From an uncultured Gemmatimonadales bacterium (GTDB lineage: Bacteria; Gemmatimonadota; Gemmatimonadetes; Gemmatimonadales; GWC2-71-9): a DNA stretch of 64,000 nt. Below, one piece after another: positions 28,683 to 38,819 of this stretch (positions within the stretch are counted from its first letter, which is position 1; every line of letters begins with the position of its first letter). The translations under genes and the position numbers were made by a program. The notes under the pieces are model-generated. The model saw nothing but the letters and a program-made list of their open reading frames with translations. It searched no databases and was not told the origin of the DNA. The stretch is taken from NCBI GenBank assembly GCA_963795085.1, contig CAWCFX010000001.1, positions 896,001-960,000 of the forward strand, in the 5' to 3' direction.

Positions 28683-29003
28683 CCGGGGCGGCGGGGCAAT
28701 CCCCACCAGCATGACCGTGCGCTCGGTGACCTCGGAAACCCCGTGCGGCACCCCCGCCGGGGCCCATACCAGCATGCCTCCGTTTACCGCCCGGCTCTCG
28801 TCTCCAATCGTCACCGTCGCCCGGCCCACCAGCACGTAGTAGAACTTGTCGGCGCCGGCGTGCCGGTGGACGGCCTGGCCCTGACCCGGCTCGAAGCAAT
28901 TGAGGCCCAGGAACAACTGGGCTCCGGTGAACAGGTCCGCCTTGGCGGAGCGGGCGGCATCGAACCGCGCCGCCGCCTCCGGCCGGATGTAGAAGTCGGT
29001 CAT
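28644..29003 (-). CDS. Cupin domain protein
   Basis: HRH..YYVLVG..PAGVPHGV pattern. Confidence 0.85.
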   Translation of the reverse strand: MTDFYIRPEAAARFDAARSAKADLFTGAQLFLGLNCFEPGQGQAVHRHAGADKFYYVLVGRATVTIGDESRAVNGGMLVWAPAGVPHGVSEVTERTVMLVGIAPPPRSVPAGPGTQPAS

Positions 29004-29059
29004 CTTTGCTCCCCTCGAGTGACTTTACTTTTCTCCGCGGTTCTCTAGCTTCCCGCTCT

Positions 29060-30478
29060 ATGACGACACGAATCGAGAAAGACCCGCTCGGCGAAAAGCC
29101 GGTTCCCCAGGACGCCCTGTACGGTATCCAGACGCTCCGCGCCGCGGAGAATTTTCCCATTTCGGGACTCAAGCCCCTGCCGGCCTTCGTGGACGCCGTC
29201 GTCTGGATCAAGCGCTCGGCCGCGCTCACCCACAAGGAAACCGGGCGGCTGGAGCCCCGTCTGGCCGACGCGATCATCGCGGCGGCCGACGAAGTGCTCC
29301 AGGGACAATGGCGGGACCAGTTCATCGTGGACGTGTACCAGGCCGGCGCCGGGACCAGCCATAACATGAACGTGAACGAGGTCCTCGCCAACCGGGCCAA
29401 CGAAATGCTGGGGTCGTCCCGCGGGACGTACGCGCCGGTACATCCCAACGATCATGTCAACATGGCGCAGAGCACCAACGACGTGATCCCCACCGCCATG
29501 CGGCTGGCCACCCTGTCCACGCTGCCGCTCCTGCTGGACGGTATGCGCGCGCTGGCCGAGGCGCTGGCGGACCGGGGCCGTGCCTTCGACCATATCGTCA
29601 AATCGGGCCGGACCCACCTGCAGGATGCCACGCCGATCCGGCTGGGGCAGGAGTTCGCCGCCTACGCCCACACCGTCGAGCGGCACCGGCTGAAGCTGGC
29701 CGAAGCGGCCCGCTGGCTCCGGGACCTCGGCATCGGGGGTACCGCGGTGGGCACCGGACTCAACGCCGAAGAACGCTATCCCGAGCTGATGGTGCGGTAC
29801 CTGCGGGAGATCAGCGGGCTGGACCTGGCCGTCGGCCAGGACCGGATCCAGCTGATGCAGTCCATGGGGGACATCGCCGGCTTCAGCGGGGCCTTTCGGG
29901 CCTACGTGCTGGACCTCAACAAGATTGCCAATGACATCCGGCTGCTCGCCTCGGGGCCCCGGACCGGCCTGGCCGAGATCACCCTTCCGGCGGTCCAGCC
30001 GGGGTCCAGCATCATGCCCGGCAAGGTGAATCCCTCCATCGCCGAGATGGTGAACCAGGTCTGCTACCAGGCCCTGGGGCTCGACCTCACGGTGGCGACC
30101 GCCGCGGAGGCCGGCCAGCTGGAACTCAACGTGATGATGCCGGTGATCACCCATAATATCGTGTTCGGCCTGATCATCGTGGGCAATGCGAGCCGGGTGT
30201 TCGCCGAGAAATCGGTGCGGGGCATCGAAGCGGACGAAAAGCAGGCCACCTACTGGCTGGAGCGGAGTCCTGCCCTGGTTACCGCGCTGGCGCCCAAGCT
30301 GGGGTACGCCGAATCGGCCAAGCTCGCCAAGGAAGCCATCGCCAGCGGACTCACGGTCAAGGAACTGGTGACGAAAAAAGGCCTGCTCAAGGGCCAGGAG
30401 CTGGAGGACGTGCTCGACTTGCGGGCCATGACGGAGCTGGGCATTCCGGGAGGCAAGGCGCTGCCCGGGGGCGGATGA
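29060..30478 (+). CDS. Aspartate ammonia-lyase / class II fumarase family
   Basis: GTSHNMNVNE, QSTND, KSGRTHLQDA and GSSIMPGKVNP motifs. Confidence 0.93.
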   Translation: MTTRIEKDPLGEKPVPQDALYGIQTLRAAENFPISGLKPLPAFVDAVVWIKRSAALTHKETGRLEPRLADAIIAAADEVLQGQWRDQFIVDVYQAGAGTSHNMNVNEVLANRANEMLGSSRGTYAPVHPNDHVNMAQSTNDVIPTAMRLATLSTLPLLLDGMRALAEALADRGRAFDHIVKSGRTHLQDATPIRLGQEFAAYAHTVERHRLKLAEAARWLRDLGIGGTAVGTGLNAEERYPELMVRYLREISGLDLAVGQDRIQLMQSMGDIAGFSGAFRAYVLDLNKIANDIRLLASGPRTGLAEITLPAVQPGSSIMPGKVNPSIAEMVNQVCYQALGLDLTVATAAEAGQLELNVMMPVITHNIVFGLIIVGNASRVFAEKSVRGIEADEKQATYWLERSPALVTALAPKLGYAESAKLAKEAIASGLTVKELVTKKGLLKGQELEDVLDLRAMTELGIPGGKALPGGG

Positions 30479-30481
30479 CCG

Positions 30482-31633
30482 GTGGACGCCGACCGCTCCC
30501 TTCCTGAACTCTCCTCCGATGAGCTGATCCGCTACTCCCGGCACCTCATCCTGCCGGGCATTGGCCCCGAGGGCCAGCGGCGCCTCAAGGCCGCCCGGGT
30601 GCTGGTGGTGGGGGCTGGAGGGTTGGGCTCCCCCTCCGCGATGTACCTGGCCGCCGCCGGGGTGGGCACTCTCGGGCTGGTTGATTTCGACAAGGTGGAC
30701 CTGTCTAACCTGCAGCGCCAGATCATCCACAGTACCAGCGCGGTGGGGCGCCCCAAGCTCGAATCGGCGGCGGCGCGAATCAGGGAGATCAATCCCCACG
30801 TGGCCGTGCGGCCGTTCGCGGCCCGGCTCACCTCGGAGAACGCCCTCGAGATTCTGGATGAGTTCGATATCATCCTCGACGGCACCGACAACTTCCCCAC
30901 CCGCTATCTCATCAACGACGCCTGTGTCCTGCTGGGCAAGCCGTACGTGTACGGGAGCGTCTTCCAGTTCGACGGGCAGGTTTCGCTCTTCTCCGCGCGG
31001 GAAGGGCCCTGTTACCGGTGTCTCTTCGCCGAGCCGCCGCCCCCGGGCCTGGTGCCGGGCTGCGCGGAGGGTGGGGTGATGGGCGTCCTGCCGGGCATCA
31101 TCGGCAGCATGCAGGCCCTGGAGGCGATCAAGTGGATCACCGGGGCGGGGGAGACTCTCCTCGGCCGCCTGCTGGTGTTCGATGCGCTCGCCATGCGGAC
31201 CCGGGAGATTCGGCTCCGGAAGGATCCGGCCTGTCCCGCCTGCGGCGCGACCCCCACCATCAGCGAGTTGATCGATTACGAAGCGTTCTGCGGGATATCG
31301 GCGGCGGTTCCCGACGGGCTGGAACTGGGGCCCCTCGAGCTGAAGCGGGCTTTGGACCAGGGCGAACCGATCCAGTTGATCGACGTGCGGGAGCCCTACG
31401 AGCACGAGATTGCCCGGATCGATGGCGCGCGCCTGGTTCCCCTGGGCGCGCTGGGATCCCGGCTGAACGAACTGGATCCCGGGCATCCGGTGGTGGCCTA
31501 CTGTCATCACGGGGCCCGGTCGCTCCAGGCCGTGGAGATGCTGCGGGCGGCCGGGTTTGCCGGTTCCCGGAGCCTGGCCGGGGGTATTGACGCCTGGGCC
31601 CGGGAAGTCAGTCCCGGCATGCCCAGGTATTGA
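30482..31633 (+). CDS. moeB: Molybdopterin-synthase adenylyltransferase with C-terminal rhodanese (MoeB/MoeZ)
   Basis: RYSRH, GAGGLGSP, SNLQRQ, CYRC, CPAC and rhodanese YCHHG. Confidence 0.92.
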   Translation: MDADRSLPELSSDELIRYSRHLILPGIGPEGQRRLKAARVLVVGAGGLGSPSAMYLAAAGVGTLGLVDFDKVDLSNLQRQIIHSTSAVGRPKLESAAARIREINPHVAVRPFAARLTSENALEILDEFDIILDGTDNFPTRYLINDACVLLGKPYVYGSVFQFDGQVSLFSAREGPCYRCLFAEPPPPGLVPGCAEGGVMGVLPGIIGSMQALEAIKWITGAGETLLGRLLVFDALAMRTREIRLRKDPACPACGATPTISELIDYEAFCGISAAVPDGLELGPLELKRALDQGEPIQLIDVREPYEHEIARIDGARLVPLGALGSRLNELDPGHPVVAYCHHGARSLQAVEMLRAAGFAGSRSLAGGIDAWAREVSPGMPRY

Positions 31634-31636
31634 ACG

Positions 31637-32044
31637 CTATTGGCGGGTGGCCGTGAAGGTGCCGCTGAGGTTCTCCCAGACGTAGCTGCCGGTAATCGAC
31701 CCGTCGCCATCTGCGACGACGCCGGTCAGCCGCTGGGGCGGCGCGTTACTGAATTGCAGGGAAAAATTCCTCCCGCTGACTTGCCATCCCAGGATGGGGC
31801 CTGCGGGTTCGGTCGGGTCATTGGGATTATTGGGGCAATCCAGGACATAGGCGCCGTGGGTGCCGATGGGCGCGCCGGAGGGCGATTCGCTGAGGATGAC
31901 CGAGATCTGGCTCAGGCTGCACGTATTCGTGGCGGAAAAAGTCAGGATCCAGCTGCCGGTCACATTGGCGTCACGGGGGCCGCCCGGATCAGAACCGCCG
32001 CAGGCGAGGGTGAGCAGCAGGACCAATCTCAATGCACGTGTCAT
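31637..32044 (-). CDS. Hypothetical lipoprotein
   Basis: MTRALRLVLLLTLA-C lipobox; NVTGSW beta-rich domain. Confidence 0.7.
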   Translation of the reverse strand: MTRALRLVLLLTLACGGSDPGGPRDANVTGSWILTFSATNTCSLSQISVILSESPSGAPIGTHGAYVLDCPNNPNDPTEPAGPILGWQVSGRNFSLQFSNAPPQRLTGVVADGDGSITGSYVWENLSGTFTATRQ

Positions 32045-32171
32045 TCGGACCACCAGGTGGAGGATTTCCAGAGTATTGTCCGCGCATTCGGGTTTCGCCA
32101 GCCCCCGGCGGACCGGCCGTCGGAACTGCCACCTTGTATCGGGTGTTCCCCCCGAATAGTTTTGCGCTCCC

Positions 32172-32255
32172 GCCGAAGTGGTGGAATTGGTAGACGCGCT
32201 GCGTTCAGGGCGCAGTGGGCGCAAGCCCGTGGGGGTTCGAGTCCCCCCTTCGGCA
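32172..32255 (+). tRNA. tRNA-Leu (CAG); CCA not encoded
   Basis: Acceptor stem GCCGAAG/CTTCGGC; anticodon arm CTGCG-TTCAGGG-CGCAG; long variable arm; GGTTCGAGTCC T-loop. Confidence 0.97.
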
Positions 32256-32264
32256 CTTCAGATC

Positions 32265-32374
32265 GTGAGCAGTGAGCAGTGCGACGCGAACGGGGCTTGG
32301 ATGGCGGGATCGGCCGGGGCAGTCCGGCCAATCTTCTCTCCGGCCCCGCTTGCTGCGTACTGCTCACTGCTTAC
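32265..32374. repeat. GTGAGCA heptamers with distal inverted copies
   Basis: GTGAGCA x2 at 32265; TGCGTAC TGCTCAC TGCTTAC at 32354-32374. Confidence 0.65.
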
Positions 32375-32408
32375 TTTTTATTAACTTCTTTTCTATCTTG
32401 CAGTTACA

Positions 32409-32891
32409 ATGGCGAAGCCGGCTGAGCCCGGGGAGGGCAAACGCTCCATCGCCCGGAACCCCCGGGCAACCTACGACTACCATATCCTGGAAACGTGGGA
32501 AGCCGGGGTCGTGCTCACCGGTACCGAGGTCAAGTCGCTCAGAAACGGCAAGGCGTCTATCAAGGAAGCCTTTGCGCGTCTCCGCAACGGGGAGGTGTTC
32601 CTGGAAGGGATGAATGTCACCCCCTACGAACAGGGCAACCGCTACAACCACAACCCGGTGCGCTCCCGGAAGCTGTTGCTGCACCGCAAGGAAATCGAGC
32701 GCATGATCGGCGCGGTGGAGCAGAAAGGGCTCTCGCTGATTCCGCTGGAAGTGTACTTCAAGGACGGCAAGGCGAAGGTGGCCCTGGCGCTGGGGCGCGG
32801 CAAGAAGGAGCACGACCGTCGCGAGGATATCAAGCGCCGGATCGCCGATCGCGAGGTTGCCCGGGCCATCCGGGGGCGGGGAGTTCGATGA
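32409..32891 (+). CDS. smpB: SsrA-binding protein
   Basis: EAGVVLTGTEVKSLR, RKLLLHRKEI and GKKEHDRR motifs. Confidence 0.97.
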   Translation: MAKPAEPGEGKRSIARNPRATYDYHILETWEAGVVLTGTEVKSLRNGKASIKEAFARLRNGEVFLEGMNVTPYEQGNRYNHNPVRSRKLLLHRKEIERMIGAVEQKGLSLIPLEVYFKDGKAKVALALGRGKKEHDRREDIKRRIADREVARAIRGRGVR

Positions 32892-34054
32892 TCATCAGTT
32901 TGCTGGGCGTTCTGCTTTTCGGGGGGCCGGAACCCCCGCCGACGACCCTCACCGTCATGACGCCCCGGGGGGAATCGCGGATCGCGGTGCGCTATGACCG
33001 GGGCGGCGCCCCGGTGCTCTCCGCCGCCCAACTGGCGCAGGCGCTCACGGGGTCGTTTTCGCTGGCCCGTCCCTGGGCCGATGTCACGTTCGCGCGGCAG
33101 GCCTTCCGCTTTCTTCTCGACGCTCCGTACTATGTGTATCAGGGCCAGGTGAAGCCGCTCGCCGGCCCCGCCTCGGTGCTGCGTGACACGCTCTACCTCC
33201 CGTTCCAGTTTGTCGTCGAGGTGCTGCCCCAGGTCTTTTCGGAGCGCTACCGGTACGATGCGGTCGGCTCCCGGCTGGTCGAGACCGGCCCGCGCACGGC
33301 CGCGGCCCCGCCGGCGGGCCGGCTGCCCAGCGGGCTCAACCGGGGGCACGTGGTTACGGTGGACGCGGGCCACGGCGGCACCGATCCCGGCAACCCGGGA
33401 CTCTACTTTCCCCGCGGCGTCCAGGAAAAGCACGTCACCCTGCAGGTGAGCCAGTTGCTCCGCGCCGAGCTGCAGAAACGGGGGATCCAGGTCCGGATGA
33501 CCCGGACGACCGACACCCTCATCGCGCTGCGGGACCGGCCCCGCTACTGCACCGAAGAGTGCGAGCTGTTCGTGAGCATCCATGTCAATTCGCTGGCCCG
33601 GCGCCGGGGGTACACCGAGCGGCGCGGGTTCGAGACCTATATCATCGGCGAGGCCCGCACCGAGGAGGCCGAGCGGGTGGCCCGGATGGAGAACGACGCC
33701 ATCCGGTTCGAAACCAACGCGGCCCAGGATGCCGCGCCCCAGGGGCTCGACTTCATCCTGCGGGACCTGCAATTGAATGAGCACCTGCGGGAGTCGGCCC
33801 GCGCCGCCGAACTGATCCAGGAACACCTCGACCCGGTGCACACCGGCGACAACCGCGGTGTCAAAGGGGGCCCCTACCACGTGCTCAACGCGGCCCGCCG
33901 CCCCGCGGTGCTGGTGGAACTGGGGTACAGCACCAACCCCGAGGACGCCCGGCTGATGACCCGGCGCTCCAGCCAGGAGGCCCTGGCCGCGGCGATCGCC
34001 GACGCCGTGGTGGCATACCTGCTCGAGTACGAACGAAAGACGGGACGGCCATGA
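32888..34054 (+). CDS. N-acetylmuramoyl-L-alanine amidase (Amidase_3)
   Basis: DAGHGGTDPG, EK, FVSIHVN and PAVLVELGY motifs. Confidence 0.92.
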   Translation: MIISLLGVLLFGGPEPPPTTLTVMTPRGESRIAVRYDRGGAPVLSAAQLAQALTGSFSLARPWADVTFARQAFRFLLDAPYYVYQGQVKPLAGPASVLRDTLYLPFQFVVEVLPQVFSERYRYDAVGSRLVETGPRTAAAPPAGRLPSGLNRGHVVTVDAGHGGTDPGNPGLYFPRGVQEKHVTLQVSQLLRAELQKRGIQVRMTRTTDTLIALRDRPRYCTEECELFVSIHVNSLARRRGYTERRGFETYIIGEARTEEAERVARMENDAIRFETNAAQDAAPQGLDFILRDLQLNEHLRESARAAELIQEHLDPVHTGDNRGVKGGPYHVLNAARRPAVLVELGYSTNPEDARLMTRRSSQEALAAAIADAVVAYLLEYERKTGRP

Positions 34055-35439
34055 GGCGGCTGGCGCTCCTGGCGCTCCTGGCGCTCCTGCCCGGATGCGC
34101 CTATTACAACGGGATGTACAACGCCAACCGGCTGGCCCGCGCGGCGGAGAAGGCCGAACGGGAGGGCCGCACCTTCGACGCCAACAGCCTCTGGGGGCAG
34201 GTCGGGGTCAAGGCGGACACGGTGCTGGCCCGCCACGGCGGCAGCAAGTGGGCCGACAATGCCATGCTGCTACGGGGAAAATCCTACCAGCGCCTGGGGG
34301 ACTGCACCAGCGCGGTGACCGTGCTCCGCGAGCTGCTCGCCGCATCGCCCGACAGCGCCCTGGTCGAGGAGGGGGCCTTCCTGCTGGGCCGCTGCTACCA
34401 GGCCATGGGCAACGTCGAGGATGCCAGCAATGCGTTCCAGCGGCTGGTCAACAGCGCCGACCCGGCACGCCGCAAGGAGGCGCTCTACCAGTATGGCCGT
34501 TCGCTCCGGCTGGGTGGCCGCTACGACGAAGCGCTGGAGTTCCTGGACCGGAGTGACGACGGCCGTGGCGCCGGGGAGCGAATGGCCGCGCTGGCCGGGG
34601 TGGGCCGGCTGGACCAGGCGCTTGCGATCGCCGACTCCCTGGTCATCGCCCAGGACACGACCGCGCCATGGGATTCCACTCTCTCCCTGGTGGGCCGGCA
34701 CGACCTGGCCCGGGCGAGCACGCTGACCGACCGGCTGGTCGACATGCCGGCCGCGCCGCCGGATCGCCGCGCGGCCTGGCTCTTCGCCGACGGCGAACGC
34801 CTGCTCCCCCAGGACTCGGTGCGGGGCCGTGCGCGGGTGGTCCAGTCGCTGGCGGCTGCCCCGGAGGGGGCCGTGGCTCCCTATGCCCGCCTGTTCTTCG
34901 TTCGGGAGCGGATGAAGGCGGTGACCACCGTGGACTCGCTCCGCGTCGTGCGCGCCGACCTGGACGACATGATCCAGATCAGCGGGCCCACCGGCCTTCA
35001 GCTGGGCCGCTACATGCGGGTCGGGAACCTGGTGATTGACGCGGTGGACGCGGTCGCCGCAGGCGCGGCCGCCCCCGACCTGGGGCTGTTCCTCGCCGCG
35101 GAACTGGCCCGGGACTCCCTCGACATGCCCCGGTTCTCGAGCGCCCTGTTTACCCGGGTCGTGCGCGATTACGCCGGCTCGCCCTATGCACCCAAGGCCT
35201 GGCTGGCGCTGGGCGCCACCGAGGACTTCCCCGCCGACTCCGCCACCGCGGTGCTGGTGGCCCGGTATTCTGACAGTCCGTATTATCTCGCCGCCCGGGG
35301 CGAGGCCGCGCCCGGCTTTGCCGCCCTCGAAGACTCGCTCAACCAGTTCGCCAATGCCATGCGCCGGGCGGCGCGACCCTTTAATCCCAACATCCGCCGG
35401 CCAGCGACCTCCACCCCTACCACCCGGCTGCCCGATTGA
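34051..35439 (+). CDS. TPR-containing lipoprotein
   Basis: LPG-C lipobox, AYYNGMYNA and TPR-like helices. Confidence 0.8.
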   Translation: MRRLALLALLALLPGCAYYNGMYNANRLARAAEKAEREGRTFDANSLWGQVGVKADTVLARHGGSKWADNAMLLRGKSYQRLGDCTSAVTVLRELLAASPDSALVEEGAFLLGRCYQAMGNVEDASNAFQRLVNSADPARRKEALYQYGRSLRLGGRYDEALEFLDRSDDGRGAGERMAALAGVGRLDQALAIADSLVIAQDTTAPWDSTLSLVGRHDLARASTLTDRLVDMPAAPPDRRAAWLFADGERLLPQDSVRGRARVVQSLAAAPEGAVAPYARLFFVRERMKAVTTVDSLRVVRADLDDMIQISGPTGLQLGRYMRVGNLVIDAVDAVAAGAAAPDLGLFLAAELARDSLDMPRFSSALFTRVVRDYAGSPYAPKAWLALGATEDFPADSATAVLVARYSDSPYYLAARGEAAPGFAALEDSLNQFANAMRRAARPFNPNIRRPATSTPTTRLPD

Positions 35440-36311
35440 TCCCGCCGCCGTCCGAGATGGCCCGGGTGGTCTTCGGCGCGCACTTCCAGAATCCGGTCCT
35501 TCTCGCCGCCGGCACCGCGGGATTCGGCCGCGAACTCGTCGGGGTCATGGACCTTGAGGCCCTGGGCGGGCTGGTCACCAAGGCGGTGTCCCGCGATGCC
35601 CGCCCGGGGAACGCGGCGCCCCGGGTGGCGGAGTTTCCGGGGGGCATGCTCAACGCGATCGGTCTGGCCAACCCCGGACTCGACCACGTGCTCGCGGACG
35701 AACTGCCCTGGCTGGCGGCCCGGCTCACCCGGGCCCGGGTGCTCGTCAACGTGGTGGGATTCACCGAGGACGAATACGTCCAGGTGGTCCAGGGGCTGGA
35801 GGCGGCCCCCGGAATCACCGCGCTGGAACTGAACCTCTCCTGCCCCAATACCTCCCGTGGGGGCATCGAGTTCGGCGCCGACGGCCCGTCGGTCAGCCGG
35901 ATCATCGAGCGGTGCCGGGCCGTCACCAGCCGCCCGATCATCGCCAAGCTCTCGCCCGCGCTGCCGGATATCGCCGGCATGGCCCTCGTCGCGCGGGACG
36001 CGGGTGCCGACGGGGTATCCCTGGTGAATACCATACCCGGCTTTCTCTATGACGAGGAAGGCGCTCCGCGGCTGGGAAACGGCAACGGCGGGGTGAGCGG
36101 TCCCGCCCTCCTGCCGGTAGGGCTGCTCGCCACCCGGCGGGTCCGGGAGAAAGCGCCGGGTTTCCCCATCATCGGGGTCGGCGGAGTACGCACCGCCGGA
36201 GACGTCCGCCAGTACCTCGAGGCGGGAGCCTCGCTCGTCGCTATCGGGACGGCGGCGCTGGCCGATCCCCGGCTCCCGGAACGGGTGGTTCGCGAGCTGG
36301 CCCATGGCTGA
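35436..36311 (+). CDS. pyrD: Dihydroorotate dehydrogenase (family 1) catalytic subunit
   Basis: MLNAIGLANPG, ELNLSCPN, KLSP and GGVSGP motifs. Confidence 0.93.
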   Translation: MIPPPSEMARVVFGAHFQNPVLLAAGTAGFGRELVGVMDLEALGGLVTKAVSRDARPGNAAPRVAEFPGGMLNAIGLANPGLDHVLADELPWLAARLTRARVLVNVVGFTEDEYVQVVQGLEAAPGITALELNLSCPNTSRGGIEFGADGPSVSRIIERCRAVTSRPIIAKLSPALPDIAGMALVARDAGADGVSLVNTIPGFLYDEEGAPRLGNGNGGVSGPALLPVGLLATRRVREKAPGFPIIGVGGVRTAGDVRQYLEAGASLVAIGTAALADPRLPERVVRELAHG

Positions 36312-36984
36312 AGTCGTCCTCGCCCTGGACCTGGCCAGCGCCGATGCCGCCCGGCGGCTGCTGGACCGGCTGCCGGCGCTCCGGTGGGTCAAGGTGGGGA
36401 GTATCCTGATGACCCGCGAAGGCGCTCCGCTGATCCACGAACTGCGGCGCCGGGCACTCGATGTCTTTCTCGATCTCAAGTGGCATGATATTCCCAATAC
36501 CGTCGCGGGCGCGGTGGAGGCTGCCCTCGACCTGGGCGTCGCCATGGCCACGGTCCACACCCTGGGCGGGGTGCGAATGATGGAAGCGGCGGCCCGGGCC
36601 GCAGATGGACGAGTCCGGCTCGTGGGGGTGACAGTGCTGACCTCTCATGACGACACCGGCTACGGCGAGGCGGTCGGGAGGGCCGGGATAGGGACGGGGA
36701 TCGAGGCGCTCCGGCTGGCCCGGCTGGCCCGTTCGGCAGGGCTCGACGGGGTGGTCTGTTCGGCGCACGAAGTGGCGGAGGTCCGCCATGCGCTGGGGCC
36801 CGAAGCGCTGGTGGTGGTACCCGGTATTCGCCGGGCGGAGGACCAGGCGGGAGACCAGCGCCGGGTCGCCACCCCGGAAGCGGCGGTCGCGGCCGGGGCC
36901 ACTCACCTGGTAGTGGGCCGCCCGGTGACCGAATCCAGAGTTCCCGAGGAAGCGTTGCGCGCCATGATGACGGTGACAGAATGA
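36304..36984 (+). CDS. pyrF: Orotidine-5'-phosphate decarboxylase
   Basis: FLDLKWHDIPNT, PGIR and VVGRP motifs. Confidence 0.96.
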   Translation: MAEVVLALDLASADAARRLLDRLPALRWVKVGSILMTREGAPLIHELRRRALDVFLDLKWHDIPNTVAGAVEAALDLGVAMATVHTLGGVRMMEAAARAADGRVRLVGVTVLTSHDDTGYGEAVGRAGIGTGIEALRLARLARSAGLDGVVCSAHEVAEVRHALGPEALVVVPGIRRAEDQAGDQRRVATPEAAVAAGATHLVVGRPVTESRVPEEALRAMMTVTE

Positions 36985-37400
36985 GATGGACGCTGGCCGT
37001 GCTGGCCCTGGCCCTGCCGGGGATGGCGCTGGCCCAGGAAGACCGGGTTCCGCTCCAGGTGGTCGCCGAAGAGACCCGGGGGTTCTGGCAGCGGCAGGAC
37101 GCCGCCGGTATCGTGGCCCGGAGCTCCCAGCTGGTAATCCAGTTGCCCGGTGCGGATCCCTCCGCGCCGGTCGAGCGCCGGCAGGCCGCCAAGCTGCTGG
37201 CCGATTTCTTCGAGCGGTCGGAGGAGGTGGAAACGGTGCTCAGCGATGCCCAGGAACTGGAGAACGGCTGGGGGCTGGTCGAACTGCGCCGCCGCTACCG
37301 GGTCCGGGGCACCCAGGAGGTCCGCGACCAGCTGCTCCTGCTCGGCTATCGCCAGGCTGGGCGGAGCTGGGCACTGGTGGAACTCCGGGTGGGACGGTAG
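36981..37400 (+). CDS. Hypothetical exported protein
   Basis: Signal peptide (ALA-Q); ATGA overlap with pyrF. Confidence 0.7.
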   Translation: MRWTLAVLALALPGMALAQEDRVPLQVVAEETRGFWQRQDAAGIVARSSQLVIQLPGADPSAPVERRQAAKLLADFFERSEEVETVLSDAQELENGWGLVELRRRYRVRGTQEVRDQLLLLGYRQAGRSWALVELRVGR

Positions 37401-37441
37401 GGTAGGGCGACGCCTTCGGTTCCCCCTGTAATGCGCGGGTC

Positions 37442-37810
37442 ATGCCTCAGATACTCATCATCGACGACGATCCCGATATCCGCCGCCTGCTCCGCGCCGC
37501 ACTGGAAACGGGCGGCCACTCGGTGCTGGAGGCCGCCGACGGGGCAACCGGCGTCCGGGCCTGGCGGGCCAGCCGCCCCGACCTGGTCATCACCGACCTG
37601 CAGATGCCGGGGAAAGATGGGCTCGACACCCTCTTCGAACTGGTGAACCTGGACGCAGGCGTCAAGGTGATCGCGATGACCGGGGGGAACTGGCGGGAGG
37701 CGGTGGACCGGCTGCACGATGCCCGGCTCTTCGGGGCGCTGCGGACGGTGGCTAAACCCTTCACCTTAAGCGAGATGGTCCGGGTGGTCGGCGAGGTGCT
37801 GGCGGGGTAG
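37442..37810 (+). CDS. Single-domain response regulator
   Basis: [18 protein letters not shown] and KPF motifs. Confidence 0.92.
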   Translation: MPQILIIDDDPDIRRLLRAALETGGHSVLEAADGATGVRAWRASRPDLVITDLQMPGKDGLDTLFELVNLDAGVKVIAMTGGNWREAVDRLHDARLFGALRTVAKPFTLSEMVRVVGEVLAG

Positions 37811-37855
37811 CCGAGGGGCGCGAGGCTCAGCCCTATCCTGCGCGGTAACTTGGGG

Positions 37856-37884
37856 TTGCCCGGCACTCGGGGCCTGCCTATATT
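37856..37884 (+). promoter_or_regulatory. Sigma70-type promoter for the rpmJ-alpha operon
   Basis: TTGCCC-17 nt-TATATT; GAGGAG RBS downstream. Confidence 0.65.
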
Positions 37885-37920
37885 GGGCAGCTAGCCCTGA
37901 AACCGGTTCGAGGAGCTTTC

Positions 37921-38037
37921 GTGAAGGTACGTTCCAGCGTCAAGCCGATCTGCGAGCACTGCAAGGTGATCAAGCGCCAAGGCGTGATTCGCATTATCTG
38001 CAAGCGCAATCCCAAACACAAACAGCGGCAAGGCTAA
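37921..38037 (+). CDS. rpmJ: 50S ribosomal protein L36 (Zn-binding form; absent from the ORF track)
   Basis: Translates to [38 protein letters not shown]. Confidence 0.98.
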   Translation: MKVRSSVKPICEHCKVIKRQGVIRIICKRNPKHKQRQG

Positions 38038-38417
38038 TGGCGCGAATTGCTGGCGTGGATCTGCCGCGCGAGAAGCGGGTCGAGATCGCGCTTACCTACA
38101 TCTTTGGCATTGGCCGCCCGACCAGTGGCCGGATTCTCAGCGAAACCGGCGTCAGCCCCTCGGCCCGGGTGCGCGACCTTTCCGACGCCGAAGTGGCCCG
38201 GCTCCGGCAGTACATCGAACGGACCATCAAGGTCGAGGGCTCCCTCCGGACCGAAGTCGCCATGAACATCAAGCGGCTGATGGATATCGGCAGTTACCGT
38301 GGGATCCGGCACCGCCGGGGACTCCCGGTCCGCGGTCAGCGGACCCATACCAATGCGCGAACCAAGAAGGGTCCGCGCCGGGCCATCGCAGGTAAGAAGA
38401 AGGCGACCAAGAAGTAA
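38037..38417 (+). CDS. rpsM: 30S ribosomal protein S13
   Basis: [21 protein letters not shown]. Confidence 0.98.
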   Translation: MARIAGVDLPREKRVEIALTYIFGIGRPTSGRILSETGVSPSARVRDLSDAEVARLRQYIERTIKVEGSLRTEVAMNIKRLMDIGSYRGIRHRRGLPVRGQRTHTNARTKKGPRRAIAGKKKATKK

Positions 38418-38420
38418 CCT

Positions 38421-38816
38421 ATGACTGCACCGACCAAACCTACGGGCGCCAAGCGCTCCAAGAAGATCGTCGAGTCCGAGGGCGTTGCCCACATCTCGGC
38501 GACGTTCAATAACCTGCTGATCACCATCACCGATTCCAAGGGGAACACGGTGGCGTGGGGATCGGCGGGCAAAGCGGGGTTCAAGGGCTCCAAGAAGTCC
38601 ACGCCCTTCGCCGCCACCGTGGCGGCCGAGAACTGCGCCCGCGAAGCCATGAACCTGGGTGTGCGCCGGGTTCACGTCCGGGTGCAGGGTCCCGGCAGCG
38701 GCCGCGAGTCCGCCATCCAGGCCATTGCGTCGGTCGGCATCCGGGTCGTTTCCATCCGGGACGTCACCCCGATTCCGCACAACGGTTGCCGCCCTCCCAA
38801 GAAGCGGAGGGTCTGA
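38421..38816 (+). CDS. rpsK: 30S ribosomal protein S11
   Basis: KSTPFAA and [12 protein letters not shown]. Confidence 0.98.
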   Translation: MTAPTKPTGAKRSKKIVESEGVAHISATFNNLLITITDSKGNTVAWGSAGKAGFKGSKKSTPFAATVAAENCAREAMNLGVRRVHVRVQGPGSGRESAIQAIASVGIRVVSIRDVTPIPHNGCRPPKKRRV

Positions 38817-38819
38817 GCC

